Source: a virus
Lineage: Duplodnaviria; Caudoviricetes
Strand: one strand, 5' to 3'
Virus record (IMG/VR): IMGVR_UViG_3300036885_000101
Location: 1 to 57,822 of that record
Length of the DNA stretch: 57,822 nucleotides
This document shows, one piece after another, positions 57,114-57,822 of this stretch. Position numbers and translations under genes: made by a program. Under the pieces are notes generated by a model that ran no database searches, was not told the DNA's origin, and saw only the letters and a program-made list of their open reading frames with translations. The number at the start of each line of letters is the position of its first letter. Within the stretch, counting starts at the first letter, position 1.

Positions 57114-57317
57114 ATGAAAGTACCGATTCTGATAAAGGACAATGCTTCCTTCATTGCCAAGATCAAGGATGATATGAAGGTCGAAGAGAAAAGCGTTGTC
57201 GGGTATGAGGCAACAATCAAACTCGCTCCTGACAAATACAAGGACGTTTTGCAGGAAATCCTTGACGATGAAAAAGACCACATCGAAAAATTGAACAAGA
57301 TATTGGAGGACAAATGA
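57114..57317 (+). CDS. Small ferritin-like two-helix protein
   Basis: EEKSVVGYE..EILDDEKDHIEKL (ExxH). Confidence 0.65.
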   Translation: MKVPILIKDNASFIAKIKDDMKVEEKSVVGYEATIKLAPDKYKDVLQEILDDEKDHIEKLNKILEDK

Positions 57318-57472
57318 TAAAGCAAAATCGCAAGCCCGAACCGGTCAAGGAAGAGACGAAAGCCGAACCGGTCAAGGAAGTCAAAGCGGTCGATTCCATG
57401 CCGGACGGCGTGACAAACGGCATGGCGTATTCGAACGAGTCCGTATTTTTCAGTCCCTATTCGATGGGTTAA
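57314..57472 (+). CDS. Small protein with duplicated EPVKE motif
   Basis: GGAGG RBS; ATGA overlap. Confidence 0.45.
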   Translation: MIKQNRKPEPVKEETKAEPVKEVKAVDSMPDGVTNGMAYSNESVFFSPYSMG

Positions 57473-57475
57473 GAA

Positions 57476-57685
57476 ATGATGATTATTGACAACAAGTTTG
57501 ATCTTGGAAAAATTGTTTATCTGAAAACTGATAAAGATCAAATTCCGCGCATCGTTACGGCGATACAGTCATCTCTATGCGGTGCAATTTTGTATAGAAC
57601 AAATTGCGGCGCTTCTGAGTTTTGGTCTTCTGAAATGGAAATATGCGAAGAAAAAGTTCTCAATCCTGAAATTGTTGGAAGTTAA
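57476..57685 (+). CDS. Small SH3-like protein
   Basis: KFDLGKIVYLKTD..W..EMEI. Confidence 0.55.
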   Translation: MMIIDNKFDLGKIVYLKTDKDQIPRIVTAIQSSLCGAILYRTNCGASEFWSSEMEICEEKVLNPEIVGS

Positions 57686-57695
57686 AATGAAAACC

Positions 57696-57822
57696 GATTA
57701 CGATACGAAAGTGCTTGAAGCCGATTCGAAGAAGCAGGGCTACAAAACGAAGGTAAAAAAGCCTTCCGAAAAAAAGGAGAATGGCAATGCCGCAAAAAAT
57801 CCTTCATAAGCTCATGGGAAGC
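57696..57822. repeat. Terminal direct repeat, right copy
   Basis: Identical to 1-127. Confidence 0.97.

Noticed and set aside
418-57541. Minus-strand ORFs in the track (e.g. 3015-3656, 26097-26780, 56939-57541)
   Set aside because: They shadow well-supported + strand genes and show no recognisable motifs
1-57822. tRNA/rRNA genes or stop-codon reassignment
   Set aside because: No cloverleaf recognised by eye; conserved genes are full length under the standard code and use all three stops

Overview
The window is an apparently complete, circularly assembled ~57.7 kb siphovirus genome. Its first and last 127 bp are identical, essentially all genes are on the + strand, and I see no integrase, repressor switch or tail sheath. 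Gene order: HK97-type protease and capsid; neck genes; an ~8 kb glycosyltransferase/methyltransferase cluster inside the structural operon; tail tube, frameshifted chaperone, tape measure and tail tip; several fibre-like proteins with Sec-type signal peptides; an M15 endolysin with holin and spanin candidates; early recombination genes (PD-(D/E)xK nuclease, ERF); a 4.4 kb array of ~10 small gene cassettes; replication genes (initiator with iterons, DnaB, NinG, SNF2, ParB-like, SSB); terminases; a portal-MuF fusion; and a GalE-like epimerase. Two features stand out. (1) The array at 36107-40467 looks like integron cassettes: units run GTT...AAC-[attC-like stem]-GTT behind a sigma70 promoter, with no integrase in the genome. 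Each cassette is also self-complementary over most of its length, pairs its own RBS, and carries coding sequence through or inside the attC-like arm. (2) A possible exported and glycosylated virion-appendage system: signal-peptide fibre proteins rich in D-(S/T) sequons, an RcGTA-like head-spike base gene, a fibre ending in IGIGIGIGF, and a phage glycan-synthesis cluster. All product calls come from motif recognition by eye; no database search was run.
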